A DNA stretch of 64,000 nt from positions 108,936,001-109,000,000 of the forward strand of contig NC_087436.1 in assembly GCF_036321535.1 (NCBI RefSeq), in the 5' to 3' direction. The notes under the pieces were generated by a model. It saw only the letters and a list, made by a program, of their open reading frames with translations, was not told the DNA's origin and did not search any database. The position numbers and the translations under genes were made by a program. This stretch comes from Camelus dromedarius (taxonomy: Eukaryota). The first letter of the stretch is position 1; every line of letters begins with the position of its first letter. Below, piece after piece: positions 52,476 through 64,000 of the stretch.

Positions 52476-53199
52476 TTTTCACATATGCCTGTTTTTTTTT
52501 TACAGGGGAACGAAGAAATCTTAGCACGGTGGGCGACCTGTCCTGGATGGTGTACCTTGATATTACATCCCCTACCCCCACCCTGATCCCTTGCCTGAGG
52601 GCGCCTGAGGAGAAAGGCACTCTTTGTCTTTTGCTATTTTCCATCTGGTTCTAATTGAGGGGAAAAGAAAAACAAAAACAATTTGGATTAGTTAGATATC
52701 ATCTGATAATATTTTGGAGGGGAAGAAATTAATTGAATATGCATTTTTTTTTCCCAGTCAAGAATGTGCTCTATCCATCTCTTTCATGTGCCCATGCCAA
52801 AGTTCCCAAATGTGACAGAGTGCTTATCTCAAAGGAATTTCTGACAACACAAAGGTATAGGCTTCCTTCCCTGTTCCTTTGGTATCACCTTGTTTAAGAA
52901 ATTCTTAAGGAGGGGGCTCCAAATAGCAGGCAATTTCTAAGAAAACCAACAAGCTGTTAATGAAGTAAATATCTGTTTAATTTACAAACATCAGTAGTGG
53001 AACTGATATTAGTCTGAAGAAAGACAAGCACACTGTATTATACATGTAGGTCTAGTTTTCTTTGTAAAAAAGGTTTTGGAAAGAAACATCTGCATCTTTA
53101 CAGGGTACCCTGGGATTTTTAATGAGGGAAGAGCACAGTCCACGATAAGTCATTATCAATTCTACATTGTCATTTAGCAGCAAACATGTTAACATGGGA

Positions 53200-54483
53200 A
53201 CATTAAGGTAATAAAGGAGCTTTATTGTTTGGAAAACGAAAAATCACAGTTCTTGACGTTACAGCCTTTTCTCTCCCCACCCCACCCCCAGTAAAAGGGC
53301 AAAAAAAAAAAAAAAAAGCGTCAAGGAAATAGTAATTTGTAAAAGATCTACTTTTCTAGTGTTGATTGCTACACACCATTTCTGTTCTGTGACGACACCC
53401 TGCAGAGGGGCCACTTTCTGTACAAGGACCGTCTCTCACAGACTTTACACACCCTCTGCAGGTGTCCTGAGTGAGGCCAGTAGGTCAGTGACACCAGTGG
53501 TCAGATGTCAAGGTAAACAAACAGATCAACACATATTTATCCCAAGAGAACACCTTATGTTAGTACTATTGCCAAAAAAAAAAAAAAAAGATAATCCTGA
53601 TTTTTAAGTTTGAAAAATGTACAAAAATATCAGGACAATTATAAATTAATATATATTAAAGCATCGAGAAACAGCAAAAGGATGGCCTAAAATGTTAAGT
53701 ACAATGTACTTTGATACAATAAATATTTCTCATTGAAACCGAATACTGTATAGGGCTGTTTAGAACTCATAGAAACAAAAATTCATATTATTACTAATTT
53801 CTTTATCAATAATCTATTGGTTCTTTATCATCTCCTTTGTCATTTATATTACAAAAAAAATTAATACTGGAAAACGGCAGATAAACACTTTTGTGTGCTT
53901 CTCCTGCTAACATGCTGACGTTTAAAAGGAAGATAAAATTGATTTTAGCACTCTCGTCTCCTCTGATGGAGGGAACCCAGGTCTTCAGAACACTTTATAG
54001 TTTGCACAAAATACTTCTCATCTGTTCGTTCTGGCTGTGAATTCTGGAGCTCCGTTCCACCGCCTTGGGTCCTCACTCACACACGTGCGCTTGGCTTGTC
54101 CTCCTGAACCGCGTGGGTGCGGACGAGGGCTCAGGCGATGATGCTCTCGGCAACCTCACGTCAACACAGAGCATCTCTTCTCTCCTTTGAGTATGTGCTT
54201 CTGCTGGTCTGCAGCGCGTTGCAAAGCTGAGTCTGGGTTGCATCGCGGCTCAGATGCCTTCAGGTGTGCCTTTCTTCATACTTCTCCAGCATCCGGGAAG
54301 CTTTAGTTCAAGCATTTTTTTTTCTCTAAATGCAGAAAAGAAGTCTTCATTCTCGTAATAAAAATAAGTCGGTTCTGTATTTTACAATATATTTCAAATA
54401 TTTCCACTATGAAGCATTGATTAGTCCAACAGGGCCAAGGAGTATATGACATTTTCCAAAGACCGAAGCTGCCAGGGGCGCGT
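53200..54483 (-). other. SLIT2: SLIT2 3' UTR (end approximate)
   Basis: AT-rich sequence following the TAA stop, free of recognisable interspersed repeats, up to the candidate poly(A) signal. Confidence 0.6.
53221..53226 (-). terminator. SLIT2: Candidate distal poly(A) signal AATAAA of SLIT2
   Basis: TTTATT on +, ~1.26 kb past the stop codon, followed on the minus strand by U/GU-rich sequence. Confidence 0.55.
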
Positions 54484-54725
54484 TTAAGAGGCGCAGCGGG
54501 TGCAGCCACACTTCACCACCTTCTCAACCTCGTCCACAAACGACGAGCCGTCAGTGCATTCGAAGGAGTATTTCCGCCGCTTGCTCCTCAGAGGTCCGCA
54601 GCACTGCGCCCCCGCGCACCCGCCTCTGCACTCCAGGCGGGACACCTTCTTGGTGGTCTGGCAAGCCGCATAGCCCTGCTGCTTCTGGTAATAATCTCTT
54701 ATCCGTTCCCCTCGACAAGAAATTT
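54484..54725 (-). CDS. SLIT2: Slit homolog 2, terminal coding exon (C-terminal cystine knot), 242 nt including TAA
   Basis: Acceptor ttttctag|AA at 54726/54725. Encodes (E)[79 protein letters not shown]. Confidence 0.97.
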
Positions 54726-54808
54726 CTAGAAAAGAACCAAACGCACACAACGTGTAAAGGCAGTTGCTGAAAGTCACGCGGAGTGACTGCTGAAAGCCAC
54801 AACTCAGC

Positions 54809-54824
54809 TCAGCAGATGGCGCTC
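54809..54824 (+). promoter_or_regulatory. CTCF-like motif TCAGCAGATGGCGCTC in the last SLIT2 intron
   Basis: Close match to the CTCF core CCAGCAGATGGCGCT. Confidence 0.5.
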
Positions 54825-55823
54825 TTGCAGCCGCCCGTCTGGAACCGCTGCTGTCAGTGTCAGGCTGATACGGCACAGTGCGGGCTGGTGGCACAGCCTG
54901 CTGTTCTGCGCAAAGCACTTTCTTTTTGGCCTTCCTTTTGTGCAAAGGGAATACTCTCTATGTGGACTACAAATACGACGCTTTTGGACTGTCAAGAATA
55001 TTGGGTTCCTCAATCTTTTCTTTTGTATCAAACATACACATCCTCTGTTTTTACACTGTTAACAGCTGGTTTTGTTTACCACAGGGAGTGGTTTCAGGGA
55101 GTAGGCAATGTAATTTATTAGACGTGGAGTTTAACATCATTCAATCTGTTACTTAATACAAGTAACATTCCACGAACTTCATAAATTACCCGAGTATGAA
55201 CTCGTTCAAAAAGAGACATCTGCTGAAAGCTTCCATGGACACGATCCTCCCGTCTCACCCCTCTGATACAACACAACAAAATCCACACCAGCTGGAGGCA
55301 AAGCACACTCTAGTCACGCAGACACAGGAGAAGGAAATAGGTGGGTTGAAAACTCAGCCTGTTTCCACCCCTCTCCCTTGCACCATTTGCAGTGACAGAT
55401 CAGTTGATTCTAAGGGCAAAGGTGATTTTGTCCTAAAACTACAGCAGAATGATTAGCCCCCTGTGTTCTGTGCCGGAAGATGAAGCCGTGACCCACGGAT
55501 CAGAGTGGCAGGTCAAGGTAAGAAGTAAGTAGATTGTATGTGCCTCTACGTACGGGGAAAAGGAGTATTTTCACAGCAAATCACGGTGTGGGAAGACATG
55601 TGAAGGCCGTGTAAAATCCTGCGCTGGAGGTTTGGAATATTCCCCACCTGGTGGCTTCACTGGGAAATAAATCAACACCAGCAACTAAAGGTTGTGCAAA
55701 GACCTGGCGTTCTACATGTCACTCCCCTCTCTGTGTGTCTCCCTTCTTCTCTCTCTCTTTCCAAAGAGGGGGCCACTCTTGCTTTGCCAAGACAGAGGGA
55801 GGTGCCCAGCTGGGCTGGCTTAC

Positions 55824-56035
55824 CTCGATCGCAGCTGTCCCCCGTGTATCCGCTGCTGCATTCACAGTAGGGCTGCCCGAGTCCTGAGAGCCTGCATTTC
55901 CCGTGCTTACACTTGATCGTCTGGCAGGGGTTGAACAGATCCTCTTCTTCGTCACAGAGGACGCCCCCGTGGCCCTCCAGGCACTTGCAGCTGTAGGAGA
56001 ACGCGTTGATGGGCAGGCAGGTGCCATGTACGCAT
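55824..56035 (-). CDS. SLIT2: Slit homolog 2, penultimate exon (EGF8-EGF9), 212 nt
   Basis: Acceptor ctgtag|A and donor CGAG|gtaagc. Encodes [70 protein letters not shown]. Phases match neighbouring exons. Confidence 0.97.
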
Positions 56036-56257
56036 CTACAGCGGAGGAAGGCAGCCATGGAGATGCATTAGGCGGCGGGGATAGGAACGAGGGGAGGATG
56101 GATGATAAAACAAGGGACACGGTGCTAGTGGACTTCTTTCCTTTCCCTCCTTCCCGCCCTCTTTCCTTTTTCCTCTCCTGAGTTTTGCTTTGAGGGTTGG
56201 AGAGCGTGTGTATGTGTGTGTGTGTGCGTGTTGAACTAACCAGCAGCCCAAACTTAC

Positions 56258-56549
56258 TTATTTCCCAGACAGGGGTCATTGGTCCTCTGGTCACAGAGGG
56301 GCCCCGTCCATCCTTCCTCGCACTCGCAGCTGAAGCCGGACTGGCTGCTGGGCTGGCACGTGCCGTGGGCGCACACCTTCCTGTGGCACGGCTCACAGCC
56401 GGGCAGAATGCCCGTCTGCATGGGCACCTGGCGGAAGTCCTGCAGCTCGCTGTTGATGTACAGGTTCCGGATGCAGCCGTGGAAGCTGGTGCCGTTCTGC
56501 CCGGGGGCCTGGCGCAGAGCCGCCGCCACGTTGTTCTTGCCCGGCATGC
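56258..56549 (-). CDS. SLIT2: Slit homolog 2 exon (end of laminin-G, EGF7), 292 nt
   Basis: Acceptor ccctccgcag|GC and donor AATAA|gtaagt. Encodes (G)[38 protein letters not shown]...NDPCLGN(K). Confidence 0.97.
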
Positions 56550-59500
56550 CTGCGGAGGGACACCGAGTGGGAGGTCAGGCTCCGAGGAGGGCCCTCAGCC
56601 AGGTGCCACCCGGGCCCTCTCGCTCTTCCCGCAGGGTTGGGGTCCGCCTCTTTAGGAGAACCAGACAGTGTAAGCCTCCAGCCCTGCGGTTCTGACAGCA
56701 GAATCACACAGGTGATTCCTGGGGGCCTCAGCCCAGACTGATGTGATCAGATCGTCTAGGGGGAGGGAGAAGAGGGGTGTGTGTGTGTGTGCCTGTGTGT
56801 GCGTGTGTGTTCCTTTTTTGGAAGATGCTCCAGGCAATTCTAATGCACAACTAAAATAAAGAACCTAGTTCACTGGCAGTCAATCTTTAATGTTTAACAT
56901 CTGTTTCAAAAAAAAAAAAAACAAACAAACACCTTATATGGAGGTATTAGATATTTAAAACTTAAACTCAGGGCTACTGCACTTAAACGCAGGGTTGGGA
57001 ATGGGGAGGCATTAGTGCTCCCCTCTCTGCACCCACCCCCTAACCTGGACATGTACTTTGGAAGCCCAGCCTAGAGTTCCTGACTCCCTGACCAACCCTA
57101 CGCCCTTAAAGATAAAGGGCCCAGGGCCCAGAGAGCTTGGGCAACATGCTCACTGTCACCAGTAAGACTGGGTCAGAATTAGGCTAATGAGGCAAACTTC
57201 CATAATCTCTAGTCACGTTCAGTCCACTGAGGTTCAGCCGGTGAGAGCTGGGTCCACAGGGACCATTTACCCCAGCCCTGCCAAACCCTAAGCTGGCAAT
57301 GAGTCCAGCTCACTACTGACAATGTCCCAAGCTGAGCCGTGGATGTCACTGCCTGAAAAAACCCACCCCTGCTCCCTATCAGGACAGCACCTCATTCAGA
57401 CTTTTTTTCTCTTGCTAATTGAGAGTGAAAACTTCATATTCCAAGAAATTAGGACTATAAAAGAAATTCTTCCAAAAATGATATTTTCAGTCTTTGTATA
57501 TATATTCCACCAGTGACAGTCATGTGGTAACCCTCATTGGGCAAAACTAAGGAATCTTTCCATGGCCTAAGCCAGACCCTGAAATAGTTCTTGGATGGGA
57601 TCTTACAGGAGGCTACCATCCAGGCCCCTGCTGGGGGAGGGGAGAAGGGAGGGGAGGGAGACAAGGCCTTCAGAGCAGCTAATCCCCCCCCCCCCCCGGC
57701 ACTCACACTGTCCCTGCGCCTGGACTCTGAGCTACTGGCTGGCTGGAGGGTCGAGGCTGGGAAAGACCTCAGCTCTCACTCTCTGTGGGTCTGTTGGTTG
57801 TAAAGACGGAGAACTACAGCACCCTCCAGGCCCTGCCTCCTGGCGGCACCTCCCTTCCTGTTCAAAGGGACCCCATTTGAGGTCTAGCAGGCACCAAAGT
57901 CAGACAGCTGGTTCTACAAAACCACTAGGCTAGAGGGCAAAGTCTGTAGTTTCAGTCTGTGTGCGCTTGGGCTGGTCATCCCTCCTCTGGGGCTTCGTTT
58001 TCTCATCTGCAACAAGAGGATGGACCAGAGCAGTTCTTTCCCAGCTTGTCGGTGTAAGAACCACTGGAGATGCGCTGCTCAGAAGGCGGCTTCCCAGGCC
58101 CCCTTCTCTCTCCACCTGAGATTCTGACCCAGAAGGAAGCGGTGGGCATGGAAATCTAAACATTCACGTGCAGCTCAGGTGGTCCTGATGCAAGCGGCCC
58201 TCGTCACATTTTGACAGATACTGAACTAAGCATCTTGGATTTGAAGATCATGAGTCCAGGTTTTCAGTCTGTGTCTGTCTGGCCTTGGTAACTGGGCTGC
58301 TTTGGAGAGAGAGGTCCAAAAGATGAAATGGTCCATTTCCAGGAGAGGACTCGTGATGGGGAATTCGTTGTTTGAGGGTAAATTGTTCTAATGCAATTGT
58401 ATCCATCCATCAAGACTATGTGGACTTTAATGTCCACACATTTATGGTCCCTTCTTCACAGGTTAAGAAAGAACTTCTTCCAAAACTACTTGTCTTCAAG
58501 AGCTCATTTTGATGGAGGCACAACACACATATGTGCACGTGTCAAAATTAAACACAGATTGATTAAGTTCCACAGCAGGGAGAAGCAACTGGAGAAGTAA
58601 ATGCATTTCCTTTATTCCCAAAGCTAACAGGGGTAAAGGTCTAGCTGTGATTGTAGTAATCTGTAAACGAAACTGTTGATACATCACATGTAGAGTTACT
58701 TCCGGTGGGATATCATAAAATCAGTAACTATTCCGACTCAGTCTTTCAGGTGCTTGGTACATCTCTGACTAGGAAGCGAAGTCTTAACTGACAAACAGAA
58801 GTGGATTTATGGTTTTTCCCTTTGGCTGGTCCTCTATGCCATGGACGAAAGCTGGGATTCAATCCATCAAACAACAGATAACTTAGTAGACAGTTTTCAG
58901 CCTTAACAAGCTCGATATGTTTCAGAAGGACAATAAAGGATTGGGTGTCAACACTGAGGTCTTCTGTCCAACAGGGCATTAGGAGAGGATCTGTGATGCA
59001 TGGGGGGGCCTCTATGTGTAGGTCTTAACTTTTTAAAAAAAATTCCATTAAGTAATATATGTTCTGGTTGGACTATTATATAGAAAAGCATAAAGATTAC
59101 ATTGTTTTCTATTAAGTAAAGCCTATTCAAGGGTAGCTGAAACCAAGGGCAGGCAAAGCCGCCTCCCCGTTCTGCTAGAACACACTTCTGCAAGGGCCGA
59201 AGGTGTGAGACGCAGCACCTGGGGCGGAGCCGTCCTCCTTGGGGCGGGTTCCAGTTTGCAGACTCCGAGAAGAAGGAGCGCTTGTTTGCCTCACTCTCCT
59301 TTGCTAAGTCAGGTTCCACTGCCTTTGCCATAAAGAATTCAGGCCTGCGGTCTCAGGACTGCCTTGTATTTTTAAAATGTGAGTTACCCTAGGGACTGTC
59401 CTCTGAGTGGGAAGGAAACGAGCCCAGCGTGTTCTCTGGCAGTGAGGCTGCGATGGAAGAGGTTTCCTTCAGGCCTGGATGGACAGAGGCACTGTCTGGA

Positions 59501-61505
59501 TTCTTCCAGCCCTCTAGCCTTAGAAAGATTCACACTTCTCAGGGCTAATTTAAAATGTATTTTTTTTCCTCCATTTTTGAAAAATGTTCTGGCCCAAGCA
59601 CCCCCATTCTGTACTTACTTTTTTTTTCACCACATTCTAAAGAGATCTTAACAGATTTAGTGAAATGGTTTCTAGTGAAAGCGTAATAAAATCAAGTGAA
59701 GGACGAGTCCGTTAGTAACAAAGAGCGACAGAACTTAGACCGCTTCCCCTTCTGCTCCATGTTAGGAACCGATGGCAATGCAGGTGGCTTTGGGGGCAGA
59801 CAGACCTGGACCTGAACAAGGTCTCGATCATGTCCTAGCTTTGTGAACTTGGACAAGTTTTATGAAGTCCGTGAGACTGTCCCTTAGGGATTATAAAACA
59901 AAAAATCATACCTACTTCCTAAAGTCTCTGAGGATAAAAAAGCATCGTTGAGCACATAGCATGTGCTTAGTAAATATAATCTCTTTTCTCTTGGATCACA
60001 GGTAATGTCTGTGACTTGCTTCACCCATCCCAAAGCAACTGCTGTTCGCTGTAGTGCAGGCAGAAAGGGAAGGCTTTTGCCTGTTAATGAATCCCAGAGT
60101 GTGATTGCCATGAAGCAAAGCGATCAGTCAACTCGCTGCACAGACTCAAGACGACCTATTTTTGTTACAATGCTTTAAGGTTTCATGAAGATGTGACTGC
60201 CTTCCCCCATCCCCTGGGCCCAGAAGGGATATTTCTTTTTCAGTTTTGTATCCTCTGTGCATCTATTAACTTAGCTCTCAGCAGATGGGAAGAGCTCAAT
60301 AAATATTTACAGAATTGAATGAAAGACTTTTAACTGTGTCTAAAAAATCCAAACTCTATCAAAGTGTTCAGATTTTCAACTGCTGGAATGATTAAAAACA
60401 GAAGTGTTCTGGAATTTCAGTAAACTTCCCAAAAGGGCTTCCAGGGAAGGCTTTGAGGGGTTAAGAAAACTGTAGAGCATCTCAAGGCTATGATTGTGAA
60501 AATGCTGATGTGAAGTTCATGAGCGTACACGTCATGGTGGAGAAATCAGTTATATTGACCTGCTCAGAAACTTCAGCTTATTTATCTGTAAAATGAGTTG
60601 ATCTTGTCAGTCAATTCACTTCAATTCAATGTCATTTAATTCAGTGCAATTCAGTTCAACATTATATGTTGTCTTGCTCCTTTGCCTGGAATTTGAAATC
60701 CTGTCTCTGGTTTATATTGACTCCTCCAGACAGACAGCGGCAAGAGGACAGGCTCTCTCCTTTGCGGGTTGGGTCCTCCCTTCTGGGATTCTTCCGAACT
60801 TTGCTTATACGTCTACCCCTCATCCGTTTCCTCATCTGCTTTCCCGTTGTTTAAAATAAAGTCCAGTCTTCACTCCATTATTCTAAGCCCCAACCCACCT
60901 TTCCCGCCTTTCCTCTGGTTCAGTCACCTTGAGGTCTTAGCTAAACAGAAGTACTTCCTGCTACCAAAGTACAAATTCCCCAACACAAATTGTACATTTA
61001 ATTTGTTCATTCAGTTGATTTCATTAATAATTATCCTATCGGCTACATGAGTTAGCAACTGTAGTAAGGCATTCCAGCAGAGCAACATTTGACTGAAACA
61101 TTTCGCCTCCTTAAGGGAGCTGGGGTGGGTCATTCATTCCTCAGTTTGCATCAAACTTCTTTCCTCAGCTTCTTTATTGCCTGATTTGACCTCTAACCAG
61201 CTTTCTTTTTCTATACACTGGATCAAATAATTACATTATATGATGTGTAAATCACCTAGCAGGTGACAGACACAAAAGAAAGATTAATGTCCTTCTCCAC
61301 CCCAACCACACATTTAGTTAGACCCAGAGCCAGGCTTACAAAATGCTCTCTTATTACTCATCTAGGGCTCTTTTCTTTCCATTATCGCTGTTCATCTTTC
61401 AATGATAGACCAACGCCCATGGCACCAGGCATCCACAACTTCAGGATTAGTCTGTGATGAGAATCACAGGGTCTGGGAATCCATGGAACTTGGAAAACAG
61501 CTTAC

Positions 61506-61660
61506 CTCCGACGTAGAGTGGGGAGTCAAAATTCAGGGTGGACTGCTTGGACAAATTGGTGATGATTTTGGGGCTCCCTCCATCCACAGAGAGGGAGAGG
61601 CTCTGATCCAGAGCGAGTAGTTCCACAATGTGGAAGTTTCCATCATTGATCGTCTCCACA
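61506..61660 (-). CDS. SLIT2: Slit homolog 2 exon (laminin-G domain), 155 nt
   Basis: Acceptor gttttatag|T and donor GGAG|gtaagc. Encodes (S)[51 protein letters not shown](G). Confidence 0.97.
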
Positions 61661-63454
61661 CTATAAAACAACAACAACAACTTAGCTGATCCTCCAATTC
61701 TGTATTTGTTAAAGAAAACGAGTTACAATTCAGACTCCAATAAGCTCTTTTAGGGAAAAGACATTCCCATCTAACATTAATAAAGACAAAGACCAGTAGT
61801 TGATTTAAAGATAAAAGATACTTTCAAGGAGATATGGTCGTTCTCTACTTGGGAATGAATACATCAATTCTGTTCTCCCATCAGGAGAAGTGGAAATGAA
61901 TACATTTTATCTCTATTCAGTCATATTCTCCAGGTATGTAGGAATTCCAAAGCATAATTTTACATGTGCTTTTAAATGCCACTAAAGTTCCATTTACTCA
62001 GATACTGTTATTCTGAATTGTATTCAAAGGCAAGGAACCTACACTTGGGCCAAATACACTTTCTGGACACTGATGTTCAGGGCTCACTGGCTTCTGCACT
62101 CTTAAGCACTACACAGTGATGCTTACCAGAATCAAACATACACATACATACAGGAAGAACCAGCTTGGTAGGATCACTGCACTTTTTGAAATTTGTTAAT
62201 TGATAATATACTCTCACTTTCTTTGCATTTTTCAGAAGGATGTCCATCAAATGATATTGCTGTAGAAGACATCTATGCTCAGTAGGGAGGTGAGAATAAC
62301 TGAATAAACAGAATGCTTAACGTAGTCACATCTAGGGAGTTTAGTGATGACAATGGTTCTTCTGTTTCTCTTGCTGCTACCTTCTAAAAAACTTGAGAGG
62401 GTTTATGGAAATTCATAAAATGGACAAAACCAAAAATATTAAGAGACTTAGGTAAATAGAAAACGACAAGTTAAAATGAAGATGGGTGCAACTAATACGC
62501 AGGTGCTATATGGTTGTAAAGGGTGACTGTCCATCTAACATGAGCGTTACATCGGGCAAAGATGCAAACAGGACCAGTGAAACAGGACCAGCAAAGAAGG
62601 CGAGATCAACAGTGAATATTAAAGAACTAATATACTAAGATATTGACAGAAAAGATTGAAAAAAAAAAGACTCAAAAATGGAAATATGGGAGCATATAAT
62701 AGGGCGGATTGTGAATACCTACTACTCCCCACACAAGAAGATTGATTCAATTTCCAGGCACTGATATTTAAAGTTGCAAATAGGTCAAGTCTGGAAAATT
62801 GCAGAAAAATGTATTGACATTTTTGCATGGTTCTCACCACAGGAGTCTAATCATATTCCATTGTTGCTGACATAGAATAAAATGTTTTTGCAATTTGACA
62901 GCAGTATAAACCACTCTGCAGATCTGAGAAAACACTTTGAGTTTTCCGGTCCTAAGTATTTAAGTGTCTGCGTGTGCAGGGATCTTTGCTAACCTATTTA
63001 AGATATCATCATTTAAAAAATAAATATTAGATGTGCCAATCAATATTTTCGCTTTTTACACATTTAATTATCCCAACTTTAGATACCATTAAAATCAACA
63101 CAGGAAACAATATATAATAAGGAAAGCACTTTCTAAATAAAGTTGCACACCAACTGTTAGTGACCTTAAATATGACTGTATTCTAAGGGGATTTGCTGGG
63201 TAGTAATACCCATTGGCGGTGAAACGCACAGATTTTGGAGGCAGATAAACCTGAACTTGAATTCTGGTCTTGCATTTATTAAATGTTTGATCTTAAATAA
63301 GTTATATAATTGCTAACAAACGTCAGTATTCTCTTCAGTAAAAAAGTAAAACATTTCTCCCTTCTACGGTTAATTTGACGTGTAAACAAAATAATTTTTT
63401 GACATGCAGAGCTAAACATCCAGCATATAGAAAGTGCAAGTTTATTTACTTACT

Positions 63455-63905
63455 TATCTATTTATTATTTTTAATTGAAGTATAGTTGATTTACAATATT
63501 GTGTTAATTTCAGATGCACACCATCATGATTCTTTTTTGGGGTTTTTTGGCAGATTTATTCCATTATAGGTTATTACAAGCTATTGGGTATAATTCCCTG
63601 TGCTGTACAATAAATCCTTATTGCTGATCTACTTTATGTAAAGTAGTTTATATCTGTTAATCCCATACCCCTGACTTGTCCCTCCCTGCTACTATGGTAA
63701 CTGTAAGTTTGTTGTCTATGTTTGTGAGTCTGTTTCTGTTTTATATATATAGATTTATTTGTATTATTGTTTAGATTCCACATTTAAGTGACATCATACA
63801 GTTTTTGTCTTTCTCTGTGTGACTTAATTCACTAAGCATAATGTTCTCTCAGTCCATCCATGGTGCTACAAATGGCAATATTTCATTCTTTTTTATGGTG
63901 AGTAA
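63455..63905 (-). mobile_element. L1 3' end in SLIT2 intron
   Basis: tttttaattgaagtatagttgatttacaatattgtgtta...tttagattccacatttaagtgacatcatacag...atttcattcttttttatgg. Confidence 0.85.
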
Positions 63906-64000
63906 GTTAAACATTAGATATTAGTATCACCATGAACAGCACCACCATCACCACCATCATCAAATAAATAACACGATACTACTTCAGAATCTTCTTCGGG

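Noticed and set aside
55719..56707. Long overlapping alternative-frame and antisense ORFs (225, 152, 138 aa)
   Set aside because: Shadow ORFs of GC-rich SLIT2 exons that cross intronic simple repeats.
56550..64000. miR-218-1, known to be hosted by SLIT2
   Set aside because: It lies in a more 5' intron. I did not see the mature sequence in this window.

Overview
Mammalian genomic DNA, probably camelid, judging from a tRNA-Ala-derived vic-1-like SINE and camelid-type L1 3' ends. The window holds two minus-strand genes in the conserved order SLIT2 -> PACRGL. At the right end are the last four coding exons of SLIT2 (laminin-G end, EGF7-9, C-terminal cystine knot) and its 3' UTR (~53.2-61.7 kb). 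At the left end are the CpG-island promoter, non-coding first exon and first two coding exons of PACRGL (~1.0-5.4 kb). The ~48 kb between them is repeat-rich: an ERV-L internal fragment, MLT/MER/ERV1 LTRs, L1 3' ends, hAT MERs and microsatellites. I found no convincing novel biological system. The best second-look items are the RFX/CRE/NF-Y promoter of PACRGL, a stop-free in-frame 120-nt PACRGL intron, SLIT2 poly(A)-signal oddities, an extra codon in SLIT2, three co-oriented CTCF-like motifs and several readable retrotransposition footprints. Repeat family names are from recognition, not from a database search.
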